A stretch of 63,668 nt of DNA, filler included, from Octopus bimaculoides (lineage: Eukaryota): NCBI RefSeq assembly GCF_001194135.2. It is 10 parts of 10 records of this genome, joined end to end, with 100 filler letters (N's around TTAATTAATTAA, not from the genome) between each part and the next. Parts side by side here need not be neighbours in the genome. Positions count along the whole stretch, not along the records: positions 51,471 to 55,255 come from NC_069008.1; positions 55,356 to 57,830 come from NC_068989.1; positions 57,931 to 59,762 come from NW_026430414.1; positions 59,863 to 62,489 come from NC_069000.1; positions 62,590 to 63,668 come from NC_068988.1; 5 more parts are not named here. The stretch is one strand, 5' to 3'. The translations under genes were made by a program, and so were the position numbers. Each line of letters begins with the position of its first letter. The first letter of the stretch is position 1. Below the pieces are notes generated by a model. The model was not told where the DNA came from and did no database searches. It saw nothing but the letters and a program-made list of their open reading frames with translations. Of the stretch, positions 51,576-63,668 are shown piece after piece.

Positions 51576-52089
51576 CCGTTTCAGATGACCGTTTCAGATG
51601 ACACAGATATAAGAGTTAGAACTTGTGGTTTGCCCATGGACCTTTTCGTTGGAAATTTTTGCCCGGTGCAACAAAAATTTCCCCACCCTGAGATAAATGA
51701 TTGAGAAGACAGAGAGACAGATTGAGAGATAGAAAAAGAGACAGGCAATAATAAACACATTAACAAGCAGGACTGTGAGACAAGGGGACAGACAGACAAA
51801 CTGAGGGAGTAGTAGTAGTAGTAGAGCTGTGAGAGCAGAACAGGTTTCTCACTTTCGAGAATCTGCATGACTATTTTGAATTGAGATGAGGAGGGAAGGA
51901 TCACGAGGAATCTCATAGAAAGAGATAAGAATAGTGGTGAGGAGAGGTTAGAGTTGGCCTTCAAAGTATAGGAATGAGTGGTTTAAAGGGAAGAAAAGGG
52001 TGGGACAGTTGGAGGAGGTGGCCAGGGTGTATGAGGGTGAGTGGTGATGAAAGGGTGAAGAAATGGAAAGTAGGTAACCTGCAATGATT

Positions 52090-52409
52090 TAGTAAAGTTA
52101 TTAATTTGAGAGAATGATGTACCGAATATATCACACTAATATGTCTTCTCTGTATGAATNNNNNNNNNNNNNNNNNNNNNNNNNNNNNNNNNNNNNNNNN
52201 NNNNNNNNNNNNNNNNNNNNNNNNNNNNNNNNNNNNNNNNNNNNNNNNNNNNNNNNNNNNNNNNNNNNNNNNNNNNNNNNNNNNNNNNGAGATCCTCATT
52301 TCTAGTCAATGATGCACCACAGATATCACAGTGATATGGTTTTTCTCCTGCAGGAGTAGATATGTGTCTGGTTAAGTCGACATTACCAGTGAATGATTTA
52401 CCACAGATA
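52090..52409 (-). pseudogene. Decayed C2H2 fingers downstream of the ZNF stop codon
   Basis: Out-of-frame [41 protein letters not shown]...IHTEKTY* follows a 2-nt loss at about 52410. Confidence 0.8.
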
Positions 52410-54443
52410 TTAGTCATAAGGCTTCTCTCCTGTATGAATATATTTGTGTGTAGTCAGCTGATTGCTAGTATAGAACGATTTACCACAGACACGGCAGTCA
52501 TGTGGCTTCTCTCCTGTATGAATACGTTTATGATTAATGAGACCATCATTTCTAGAGAAAGATTTACCACAGATATCACATTGGTATGGTTTTTCTCCTG
52601 TATGAATACGGATGTGTCTGGTTAAGTCACCAGTAGCTTTGAATGATTTACCACAGATATCACAAGAATAGGGCTTCTCACCTGTATGAATATATTTGTG
52701 TGAGGGTTTCTCTCCTGTATGAATATATTTGTGTGAGGGTTTCTCTCCTGTATGACTCCGTATGTGGACAGTTAAGTCCAAAGTATTAGAGAATGATTTA
52801 CCACAGACGTCACAGTGATATGGTTTCTGTTGTGTATGAATACATTTATGTGAAGATAATTTACTTAATCGACTGAATGATTTACTACAGATATCACAAT
52901 GAAATGTCTTTTCCTGCGTATGAATGCATTTGTGCATACGTAAAGCAGTCAAGTGAGAGAATGATTTCTTACAGACATCACATTGATGTGGTTTTTCTCC
53001 TGTGTGCATGCGTATGTGAACAGTTAAACCAATCTTTTGTGAGAATGATTTACCACAGATATCACAATGATGTGTCATTTCCCCTGTATGAATGCGTTTG
53101 TGAGTACGTAAAGAAGTTAGGTGAGAGAATGATTTACCACAGATATCACACGGACATGGTTTTTCTCCTGTGTGAATGCGTATGTGAACAGTTAGATCAA
53201 TCTTCCGAGAGAATGATTTACCACAGATATCACATGGATATGGTTTTTCGCCTGTATGATTACGTTTATGATTAGTGAGACCCTCATTTCTAGAGAACGA
53301 TTTACCACAGATATCACACTGATATGGTTTTTCTCCTGTATGAGTACGTTTGTGTTTGGTTAAGTCACCAGTAGCAGCGAATGATTTACCACAGGTATCA
53401 CAAGAATAGGGCTTCTCACCTGTATGAGTATATTTGTGTGTAGTCAAGTCATTACATCTAGAGAATGATTTACCACAGATATCACAGTGATAAGGCTTCT
53501 CTCCTGTATGAACACGCATGTGGACAGTTAAGTCCCAACTATTAGCAAATGATTTACTGCAGATGTCACAGTGATAAGGTTTCTGATGTGTATGAATATA
53601 TTTGTGTGAAGATAAGTTACTTACTCGACTGAATGATTTACCACAGATATCACAATGATAGATCTTTTCTCGTGCATGAATACATTTGTGCAGACGTAAA
53701 GCAGTCAAGTGAGAGAATGATTTCTTACAGACATCACAATGACATGGTTTTTCTCCTGTGTGCATGCGTATGTGAACAGTTAAACCAATCTTTTGTGAGA
53801 ATGATTTACCACAGATATCACAATGATGCGTCTTTTCCCCTGTATGAATGCGTTTGTGAGTACGTAAAGAAGTTAGGTGAGAGAATGATTTACTACAGAC
53901 ATCACAATGATATGGTTTTTCTCCTGTGTGAATGCGTATGTGAACAGTTAGATCAATTTTCCGAGAGAATGATTTACCACAGATATCACAATGATGCGTC
54001 TTTTCCCCTGTATGAATGCGTTTGTGAGTATGTAAATTAGTTAAATGAGAGAATGATTTACTACAGACATCACAATGATATGGTTTTTCTCCTGTGTGAA
54101 TACGTATATGAATAGTTAAACTAAACTTCTGAGAGAATGATTTACCACAGATATCACAGTGGTATGGTTTTGCTCCCGTGTGAACACGTTTGTGAGTATA
54201 TAATTCAATTCTTTGAGAGAATGATTTACCACAGATATCACAATGATATGGCTCCTTGTCCATATGAATGTGTCTATGTTTAGCTAACCAATTCTTTCTA
54301 GAGAATGATTTACCACAAATATCACAGGGATATGGTTTCTCACCTCTATTAATACATTTGTGTTTAATGAGCCTACTTTCCAGAGAAAATGATTTTTGAC
54401 AGATATCACAATGGTATGGGGATTTTTCAGTCTCTTTTTCCAT
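52410..54443 (-). CDS. Single-coding-exon tandem C2H2 zinc-finger protein, 23 fingers, 677 aa, no KRAB/SCAN/BTB domain visible
   Basis: Uninterrupted ORF of CxxC...HxxxH repeats with TGEKP linkers. ATG at 54443. Upstream acceptor ttctctattatttcag at 54875. Confidence 0.93.
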   Translation of the reverse strand: MEKETEKSPYHCDICQKSFSLESRLIKHKCINRGEKPYPCDICGKSFSRKNWLAKHRHIHMDKEPYHCDICGKSFSQRIELYTHKRVHTGAKPYHCDICGKSFSQKFSLTIHIRIHTGEKPYHCDVCSKSFSHLTNLHTHKRIHTGEKTHHCDICGKSFSRKIDLTVHIRIHTGEKPYHCDVCSKSFSHLTSLRTHKRIHTGEKTHHCDICGKSFSQKIGLTVHIRMHTGEKPCHCDVCKKSFSHLTALRLHKCIHAREKIYHCDICGKSFSRVSNLSSHKYIHTHQKPYHCDICSKSFANSWDLTVHMRVHTGEKPYHCDICGKSFSRCNDLTTHKYTHTGEKPYSCDTCGKSFAATGDLTKHKRTHTGEKPYQCDICGKSFSRNEGLTNHKRNHTGEKPYPCDICGKSFSRKIDLTVHIRIHTGEKPCPCDICGKSFSHLTSLRTHKRIHTGEMTHHCDICGKSFSQKIGLTVHIRMHTGEKPHQCDVCKKSFSHLTALRMHKCIHTQEKTFHCDICSKSFSRLSKLSSHKCIHTQQKPYHCDVCGKSFSNTLDLTVHIRSHTGEKPSHKYIHTGEKPSHKYIHTGEKPYSCDICGKSFKATGDLTRHIRIHTGEKPYQCDICGKSFSRNDGLINHKRIHTGEKPHDCRVCGKSFYTSNQLTTHKYIHTGEKPYD

Positions 54444-55120
54444 TTCTTCAATAAAATAATAAATCAATCTTTTAAGTCTGTAACATTATCCATTGTTTCA
54501 ATAGTTTTCTCCTCTCAGAACAATGTGTTTATTTTCCTTTTTCACTTTTTATCATTCATTTCTTTGTAATGTTTTACAGCTATTTTCACATCAACTCTGA
54601 TTGTTGTCAATATCTGAAGATGCCACAAACATATTTGAAACTTCATCCAAGTTTAATTTTTAGAATGCAAGTTCGTCTTGTACATATTGCAGACTGTACA
54701 GTAGAGAAATGCTGCCAATAATCTTAATTCAGAAGAAATATTTCATTGTAGTTTACCATAGAATTATATATATATTTGTTCCATGTAAGCTTTTTCTTTA
54801 GTCTTTAACAGAAAATAAATGTTGATGATGAATTTGATGTAAGCAATTTTTTGATGTCACAGTCGTCTGATATTCTGAAATAATAGAGAAACACCAGTAT
54901 AAGATATAGAAGATATTCTAATAGCAGAGATACAATATACAGATATAGAGGATATTTTAATAGCAGAGATACAATAGTGGAAGTGTTACTTCATTTCTAT
55001 GAAGATAAATTGTAAAAGTTAACATTCACCTCAACAACCGAAGTTTACTTTTCAATTTGTTGTTAAAATTGCATCACACAACTTAGTGCAAAGCCTATAT
55101 CATATATGCGTGTGCGTGTA

Positions 55121-55255
55121 TTGGGTTGGTGCATAATTATTGCTGCTTCTTTACAACAAATTTTATTCAACAAAAACAATAACAACATTTCACAAAAACA
55201 TCTTTAAATGATGGTTTGACTGTCTTCCAAGCAAATGGGAAGCAGTAATTGAAGT
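55121..55255 (+). mobile_element. Internally deleted mariner (TIR joined to transposase C-terminus), running into a gap
   Basis: TA|TTGGGTTGGTGCATAATTATTGC followed by DCLPSKWEAVIEV. Confidence 0.7.
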
Positions 55256-55506
55256 NNNNNNNNNNNNNNNNNNNNNNNNNNNNNNNNNNNNNNNNNNNNT
55301 TAATTAATTAANNNNNNNNNNNNNNNNNNNNNNNNNNNNNNNNNNNNNNNNNNNNGTATACATCTATATTCATTTGCATACATATAAATTAATTTACACA
55401 TAATACATATATGTATACACACACACACACACATATATATGTATATACGCATACGCGTAAATGTCTGTGAATTTCATATACATACATACATGCATACATA
55501 CATACA

Positions 55507-55552
<46 letters not shown>

Positions 55553-56007
55553 CATACATACATACATGTTCGTAATTTAGTAAATTGCATTTCCTGCATG
55601 ACATTGCTTGAAAAACCCTTCGTCTCCAATCTCTAATCAACTGATTAAACCTAGCTTCTCTTCCTCTGCTGCCACCACGTATTATTTTCTATCATTTAAC
55701 CGAGAAAGCATTGATAATTCCTGAATATTCCCGGCGGCAAATTCTACTGATTTATTTTTGTTAAATTGTAATTCCAATAGGGTGAAAACTAATAAAATAC
55801 AAAAGCAATAGCGTAGCTATGTGATTAAGAAACTTGTTCGCCGACTACATGGGTTCTAGCTCGGATCACCTTGCGTGGTTTCCAGTCATTTGGGGAAATA
55901 TTTTCTTCTATACTTTCCGTTGGAACAAGATTTTGTGAGCGTGTGGAATATAGCTGACGAAAACTGCTTCGAATACTGTGGTACAAACTCATACACACAC
56001 ACACACG

Positions 56008-56040
<33 letters not shown>

Positions 56041-57042
56041 NNNNNNNNNNTCTCTTTCCACGTGAGCGGCGTTCGGCCAAGCCTGATCTTTCTTTCTTGG
56101 TCAGCCGTTGTGCGTGCAGCATCGATATTCCTCCCTGTGCCTGTGAAATCTTGTTTTCCTGCCGTAAGGCCTTATTCCCACACACGCCAGCTTAATTTAA
56201 TTCGTCCTTAGTCGAAAGACATCTGTTGTTATGTCCTGTTATTATTTTAAATTTTATTGTATTTGTGTAACATTGTTCGTTTTTTATTTCCGTCCTTGTT
56301 TTTGTATACATTCGCTACTTTCTTCCAAGGAATCTAGTTTTTCGTTGGGGCTTGCCAGATTGGAGCAATATCGAGAATAACCCACCGAAATTGCAAAGAT
56401 AATCTGGATCTCGACTGAGGAAAGAAAACTCCGAATGACTTGTTCTTGTTTTCTTTGTATCGTCTATCTGGATGTTTTGTTGTGCCCTTCTTGTATCACC
56501 TAACTGTCTGAATGTTTTGCGTTTTTGTCCCATTTTGTATTATATATATATATATATAATATTCTTATACTTGTTTCAGCCATTTGAATTTGGCCAAGCT
56601 GGAGCACCACCTTTTAGTCGAAGTAATCGATTCCAAGATTTATTCTTTGTAAGCCCGGTACTTATTCTATCGCTTTCCTTTGCCGAACCGCTAAGTTACA
56701 GGGATGTAAACACTCCAACATCGGTTGTCAAGTGATGGTGGGGCAGAACAAACTCAGACACAAAGATACTCACATAAATGCACACATATATACGACGGGC
56801 TTCTTTTCTATTTCTGTCGATCAAATCCACTCACAATGTTCTTGTCGGCCCGAGGCTATAGTAGAAGACACTTGACCAAGGCTCCACGCAGTGGGACTGA
56901 ATCTGAACCTCTGTGGTTGAGAAGCAAACTTCTTATCACACAGGCACCCTGCGCCGCTTTTTATCTGTCTGTCTATGTCTCTCTATCTCTCTATTTATCT
57001 GTACAAAAGTATGTATCATTTCAACTTTTGTTTGTGTTAAGA

Positions 57043-57088
<46 letters not shown>

Positions 57089-57640
57089 TAAGACAACGTG
57101 TATAATATTTGTAATGAATATACAAACGTTGCATGAAGCTAGCTGTAATATTTTATCTCAGAGGAGATTCTCTTCAGAGATTTTGTGTGATGTCGGTGTC
57201 TTGGCTTGAATTGATCAAAGTACTGGGCCTTAGTAATGAAACCCCTATCCAGACATTCAGAGCTAAATCGTTAACTTTTTACGAAGATAGAAATTAGATA
57301 TGTGTGAAAAATGGCAAGGCTAAAACAAAAAAAAAAACACATTAGATTAATATAATGATCTGTATAGTATTTATAATGTATATACATATGTAATAATTTA
57401 AGCCCGAACAACTCTAGTATCAATCAGCGAATTATATTTTTGCGGATTTTTATTTGTGCTAAGATTCTAACTTTGATAAGAATGTTTGGAAGAGTCCGTC
57501 ACTGAGAAGGCAAAGCCATGCCAAAACACTGGCCAGTGCCTGATAATCTCTGACGTCAGTCACAGCGAGTCCTCTCTTTTTAAACAAAATCTCTTAAAAG
57601 AAAATATTACTGCTAGTACCTAGGAGTAATAGGTATGTAC

Positions 57641-57671
<31 letters not shown>

Positions 57672-57930
57672 TGTATGTATGTATGTATGTATGTATGTAT
57701 GTATGCATGCATGTATGTATGTATGTATGTATGTATGTATGTACGCATGAATGAATGTATATACATATAATGCATGTATATATATATATATATATATATT
57801 AATAAATTACAGGGTAGCAAAAAAGATTTTNNNNNNNNNNNNNNNNNNNNNNNNNNNNNNNNNNNNNNNNNNNNTTAATTAATTAANNNNNNNNNNNNNN
57901 NNNNNNNNNNNNNNNNNNNNNNNNNNNNNN

Positions 57931-58600
57931 AGACTTTGTCGATAATGATCCCAGAAAATTGATTTCGCCACAGAAAGTCAGAATTGTGGTTCGAGAGGTC
58001 TTTCTCTACAAATCATAAATGCTGCAGAAAGACCTATTCATGCCTGCAAAGATACAAGAATACAGTTTGATTCTTGTCAGATGGTAGTTACTTAACGAGG
58101 TTAAAAACTCCCTTCGAACATGGCATACATTGTTTCATCTCTAATACGGAAGACTTCGACCAGGACCAAAATTTTAATATGAGAAATGACGACTGGTTAA
58201 GTGCAGATCCTTCTGATGTCCCCATAGTGTTGCACACTAAGTATCCAGCGCCTCGGATTGTTTTAGTAACGGTCGTCTGAGTAACTAATGTAATGTCATG
58301 TGAGCTTATATCTTTCCATAGAGCCTTGAATTAATGCTGCTGGATACGTTGTAGTGCTGGAAACAGTTGTTTAGCCCTGGATACCAGAGGTACGCTATGG
58401 AAGGCCACACGTGCTTCAACAAAACTCAATACCTTCTCACAAAGCCCACGTTTCTCGAGAATGGATGTTAAACAATCTTTAGAATAATGTAACATCAATC
58501 TTTAGAATAATGTAACACATCAGATCTAAATCTTTGGAGTGTTGATGAAAGGGAGACTAATAAATATCATCTCAATGGGGGTCACCATTGTCCAGGAAGT
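57931..58600 (+). mobile_element. maT/DD37D-like Tc1-mariner transposase remnant
   Basis: FISNTEDFDQDQNFNMRNDDWLSADPSDVPIVLHTKYPA, then NAAGYVVVLETVV*PWI and QQNSIPSHKAHVSREWM. Confidence 0.8.
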
Positions 58601-58659
58601 GTTCGAAATAAAGGACCATTTAGTGCAGGCACCTGAAACATTCTGGCTCCGCATTAAAG

Positions 58660-59762
58660 TAGTCATTTAACCTGAAGGTGAATTAGGAAAATAATCTTAG
58701 AAAGATTATCGAGAACATGTTGGAGTTTTTTTTCTAGTAGCAGATGTCCTTTGGATTTGCAATACTCGATGTCTTCTTTACCGATGACATTTTCCCATAG
58801 GCAATGATCCTTTCCTACCCTTGCATTGAAATCTCCTAGTAACTTAAATTTGTCCATTAGTGGTGTGTTGACAATGATACTACCTAGTTGTTAGTAAAGT
58901 TGATTCTTTACTCCTTTATCAGCATCAATAGTTAGAACATTAGCAGAAATGAGAGTGATGTAACTCTCATTAGGAAGTATTCACTGAAGAGTCATTTGTC
59001 GTTCGTTATTGTTAGGTGATGGTCTTCTATGGTGCAAGTTTAAATAGCAAAACCGACATCTGGGATTCTTCCTTCCAATTCATCCTTGCCATTCCAAAAA
59101 AATATATGGCCAGAACCAGTTTCTTCTATTTTTTCCTTCTCTTGAAAATCCTATTTTACTCAAGCCCAGTCAGTCCTTTACAGACTAGAGGTTTGCATCT
59201 TTCTGGTCAGTCGGTGCTGTCAATGTCGAGAAAGGTCCTAACTCTCCATGCACCAAAAATCATATTGTTCAATCTTAAGATTCTTGTTGTTTCGACCACA
59301 TGATGTTCGAAACATGTTGGCCTGCCAGGTGTGGTTTCCCAGCCGGGCAGTTGTAGCAAATTTGTTTAGTTCACCTTTTATAGTACCTCTCTCAATTGAG
59401 GTGGGCAGCGATATTCCTAAAAGGCCAGCTTTGACACGAATTCAGGACGGGACTTCTAAGTAGTCAATGGATCTTAGGAAAGTGACCATCAAACATTCAC
59501 TCCCAGCCTGCAGGTTTAGGACCTGAAGTTTCAGGTTTCTCCAAACCATGCTCCCATCATCCATTCCCCATCACCCTTGGGCTTTGCAAGAGTTGTTTTG
59601 GGGTAAAAGACAACTGGAGTAGAAGAAAGTTCCAATGGCATGGATTTTTTAAAGGTGTACCTCAACTTTCCAGAAAGCGACCCATACACTTGGTTTCATG
59701 GTCACCCTGATTATCGCTCCTTGTTGTGATGGAGAGGCTTGTGTGGACCAATGCCTCTGAAG
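58660..59762 (-). mobile_element. RTE LINE 5' portion (5' UTR plus APE remnant)
   Basis: KFKLLGDFNARVGKDHCLWENVIGKE; degenerate FGAW..RTFLDIDSTD*PER upstream. Confidence 0.72.
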
Positions 59763-59886
59763 NNNNNNNNNNNNNNNNNNNNNNNNNNNNNNNNNNNNNN
59801 NNNNNNTTAATTAATTAANNNNNNNNNNNNNNNNNNNNNNNNNNNNNNNNNNNNNNNNNNNNATAAACAAACGATTCTGAAACAAT

Positions 59887-59918
59887 TAACCCTAACCCTA
59901 ACCCTAGGGTTAGGGTTA
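59887..59918. repeat. Short inverted interstitial telomeric repeat (CCCTAA)3-(TTAGGG)2
   Basis: taaccctaaccctaaccctagggttagggtta; perfect 26-bp palindrome at 59893-59918. Confidence 0.85.
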
Positions 59919-60393
59919 AAGCAAATTTAAAATGAAAAAAGCAAATAAAACGAAGGTATGGAAATTAAATACGCTTTACATCGCTTAATCAGCCAAAGGA
60001 GTAAATATAAACAACTGAATACTTGTCAGTGATTGGTTGAAATTATCGAAATAAGACAATTTTTTACATGAAATAAATTCGAATACAAAAATATTTTTCT
60101 GTTCTATAACACAAAATAGATAAGTATACGAAGTTTGAAAGTCTTTCCGTACCAAAAACACTACGTAAAACATTAATGAAAAATGTGGCCCCCGTTTTAA
60201 AATAGATCCGGGGCCTTTAATAAGTCCGGTGAATTGCTGTGAAGATATTGTCCAAGCATATAAACAAAGTTTGCTTTCTATCTATCTATATGTATGTATA
60301 TATGTGTATATATGTATACATGTATGTGTGATTTTGTGTGTATGTGTGTGTGTAAAGAGAGCGATAGAGAATGAGATAGATAGATAGATAGAG

Positions 60394-60425
<32 letters not shown>

Positions 60426-61126
60426 ACATCGTGAAGGAGAAAGTACTTAGTTCCTGTTGAGTTTATTTTATGCGTTCGATATTGATAGTCCCCCCCCCAC
60501 ACCTTTACGATTCGCCGCGCGCAACCTTAAAGACGACAAAAGAACGAACTTTTAGTCAGGGATTTCCGCAATAAAAGCATTGTAGAAATAGAATTGTTTC
60601 ATTTTCATTGGTCGGAATTATTGAAGACTCGTGACCCGGTAACAGAAGACTCATTTGATCAAATGACTCGGCAACGCAGGAGTGGTGGGCTGTTGTTGGG
60701 TAGCGGTTGGAGGAGGATGTCTACCACAGGTAATTTGTTTACCTGTCACTGGGTACAGGCGTGAGAATTGCAGTAATGAGGGAGCCGATGGTGGAGGAAA
60801 TGATCATTATAACTCAAATATGGAGGACATTTATATTTGTGAGAAGAAGTTACCGGATGTCATTAACCAATCAACTGTGCAGGTAATGATGACGATGGTT
60901 ATCCAGTCTGAGGTTGAAGTTTTCTGAGGAAGAATTTGTCCGTAGAAGTGTTAGCGTGACTGTGTGGTTAGAAGTTAGCTTCTCAACCACATGGTATCAG
61001 GTTCAGTCCCACTGCGCGGTTCTTTGGGAAAGTACCTTCTACTATAGCCTCGGACCGACCAAAGCCTTGTGAGTGGATTTGGTGGTCGGAAACTGAAAGA
61101 AACCCGTCATATACATCTACATATAA

Positions 61127-61157
<31 letters not shown>

Positions 61158-62589
61158 NNNNNNNNNNNNNNNNNNNNNNNNNNNNNNNNNNNNNNNNNNN
61201 NNNNNNNNNNNNNNNNNNNNNNNNNNNNNNNNNNNNNNNNNNNNNNNNNNNNNNNNNNNNNNNNNNNNNNNNNNNNNNNNNNNNNNNNNNNNNNNNNNNN
61301 NNNNNNNNNNNNNNNNNNNNNNNNNNNNNNNNNNNNNNNNNNNNNNNNNNNNNNNNNNNNNNNNNNNNNNNNNNNNNNNNNNNNNNNNNNNNNNNNNNNN
61401 NNNNNNNATATATATATTTATACACACACACACACACACACACACACATTTATATATATATGTATGTGTGTGTGTGTGTGTGTGTGTGTTGTGTCTGTCT
61501 CTGTGTTTGCCCTCACCCACTATCATAAGTTAGCAGTTCAGCAAAAGTGACTAACAGAATAAATATCAGGCTAATAAAAAGGTCATGGGGTCGAATCGTT
61601 CGACTAAAATTTTTGAGGCTATAGAAGAGCTTAGCCAAAACTCCGAGGCTATAGCTGACGACAATTGCCCAAAGTGCGACACAGTGGAACTGAACCCGGA
61701 GCCATGTGTTTGGGAAACAAACTTCTAATCGCACATCCACGCTTAGAAAATATCTTGGCATTATGGTCCTTAAGGGTGACATATGGTCTGCAAAAAGCTA
61801 ATATTGTTACTCTGCTATCCAATATTAGTTGGGAGGGCAGTGTTTTACCTTCGTGGTTGGTTACATTGTAGCGTATTGGGTTTGTATTTCAGTAAAGTTG
61901 CCCAACAGAAGTTTAGAACGAGAAACTCGAACTGGTTTGTGTAGAGTTTTTGTTTTTTTTATCTTCAAAAACGTGGATGACTACAAGAGCCTTGAATAGA
62001 TTTTATGAGGTCATTTAAGTTCTTCTGAAGGTTATTGGTATCATATTTAAATATTGCATTTATTTTAAATGGGTTGAATGAGCTTAGTTTCAAAGTTTTC
62101 AAGGTCGTTAAATTCGGACTTATTGCCTGCATCTGTGGGGGTCTTAATTTCTCAAACAATTAGGCTTTTCTCACGTCCCTTGATGACGTCTTCATGTCTG
62201 CAAATACACATACACACTCACAATGCGTACACACTCCATGCATACATACATACATACATAGGTGTAGATATGGCTGTTTTAGGTAAGAATTTTTATATAT
62301 TTATAAATTTTAGTGTATATGTATGTATTTATAAATTGTTAGAAATTTATTATATATCATATAAATGAGTGCATCTATGTATGTACTTTGTATACCATGG
62401 AGAACTTCGTTAATATGGATTGAATGAATATATACATCGACCTTTGAATTTGTCTTCTCTCCTTAATTATATATATATATATATATATANNNNNNNNNNN
62501 NNNNNNNNNNNNNNNNNNNNNNNNNNNNNNNNNTTAATTAATTAANNNNNNNNNNNNNNNNNNNNNNNNNNNNNNNNNNNNNNNNNNNN

Positions 62590-62622
<33 letters not shown>

Positions 62623-62756
62623 CATATATACATAAATAAATATATATATAAATAAATATATATATAAATAAATATATATATATATACACGTCTATCTTTA
62701 CATATATATGTACATTGAAACATTTTGTATATCTTTCTATCTGTCTGTCTGTCTTA

Positions 62757-62814
<58 letters not shown>

Positions 62815-63303
62815 GCGTCTATATACACATGCGCATACGTATATACTCAAACATATACACTTTTATATATACATACATATATATAATATATATGTGGATC
62901 TAAGATCTAAACATATTTGAATGTGTGGGAAGATAGGTTTTTAGCTTGCCTCTTATTTATTACATATTTATATAAAATCATATTTTGTATATACGCATGC
63001 ATACGTAAATATATATATTTATGTCTATATCTGTCTATCTGTCTATCCCTTTCTCTGTCTCTCTCGCTCTCTTTCTCCTTCCTCCATCTCTGTATATATA
63101 TACACATACACATATATAGATACATTTATTTAATACTATATCTATGTATATGAATGTGCGCGCGGGCACAAACACACATATATTCATATATATTATTTTG
63201 AATTATTTCATTCTTTGGTTACGTAAAAATAGCTTAACGCAAAAGGTAAGAAAAAATGCATGTAGAAAAACACACAATTGATACGTAAGAAGATTACATT
63301 CAG

Positions 63304-63334
<31 letters not shown>

Positions 63335-63668
63335 GCAACAGTTGATAATGATAATGCTGCTGCTGCTGCTGATGATGATAATGGTAGTGGTAGTGATGAT
63401 GATGATGATGAGGAGGAGAAGGAGGAAAACGAAGATGATGGAAGTTGCTGAAGGTGGTAGTAAAAGGCAAGGAAACAAACAGAAAGAAATAATTATGTCC
63501 TAAAATATACCAAGTAGGATAAATAACGTAATATAATAAACTTGTTCATGCGCACACTCTCACATACATACTCAAATAGAAACATATATATATATATATA
63601 TATATTTAAATAAAAGGAAACAGGTACACGTGTGGCTTTGATAAAATTCCTGTATATATATATATATA

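Noticed and set aside
57550-57559. CRE palindrome ctgacgtcag
   Set aside because: A single short motif with no other evidence of a regulatory role.

Overview
AT-rich, gap-ridden eukaryotic (animal) genomic DNA, not prokaryotic. The repeat families, dense microsatellites and single-exon (Y/H)CDICGKSFS-type zinc-finger array point to an octopus genome (inference from recognition, not a search). About two genes lie in a sea of decayed transposons. (1) A spliced minus-strand gene (28136-36915) that no single ORF reveals: five phase-compatible exons encode a probable secreted protein with a Cys-rich N-terminal region, a Thr/Ser-rich stalk and a C-terminal PAN/apple-like module. (2) A 23-finger C2H2 zinc-finger gene (52410-54443) with visible block duplications and decayed terminal fingers. 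The first 14 kb is a nest of Penelope-like (GIY-YIG) elements and two RTE LINEs. Two of the Penelope-like pieces have an Asn-rich open frame where RT is expected. Three hammerhead ribozyme motifs (one intact) and one vestigial core were read directly from the sequence. Other content: CR1/L2-like and R4-like LINE remnants, Tc1/mariner/maT remnants (including a two-left-end mariner chimera), many tRNA-derived SINEs, a 21-bp minisatellite and an inverted telomeric-repeat palindrome. The N-flanked TTAATTAATTAA words and the duplicated flanks at 10-N gaps are assembly artefacts. All family calls are from motif recognition by eye; element boundaries are approximate unless splice sites or repeats fix them.
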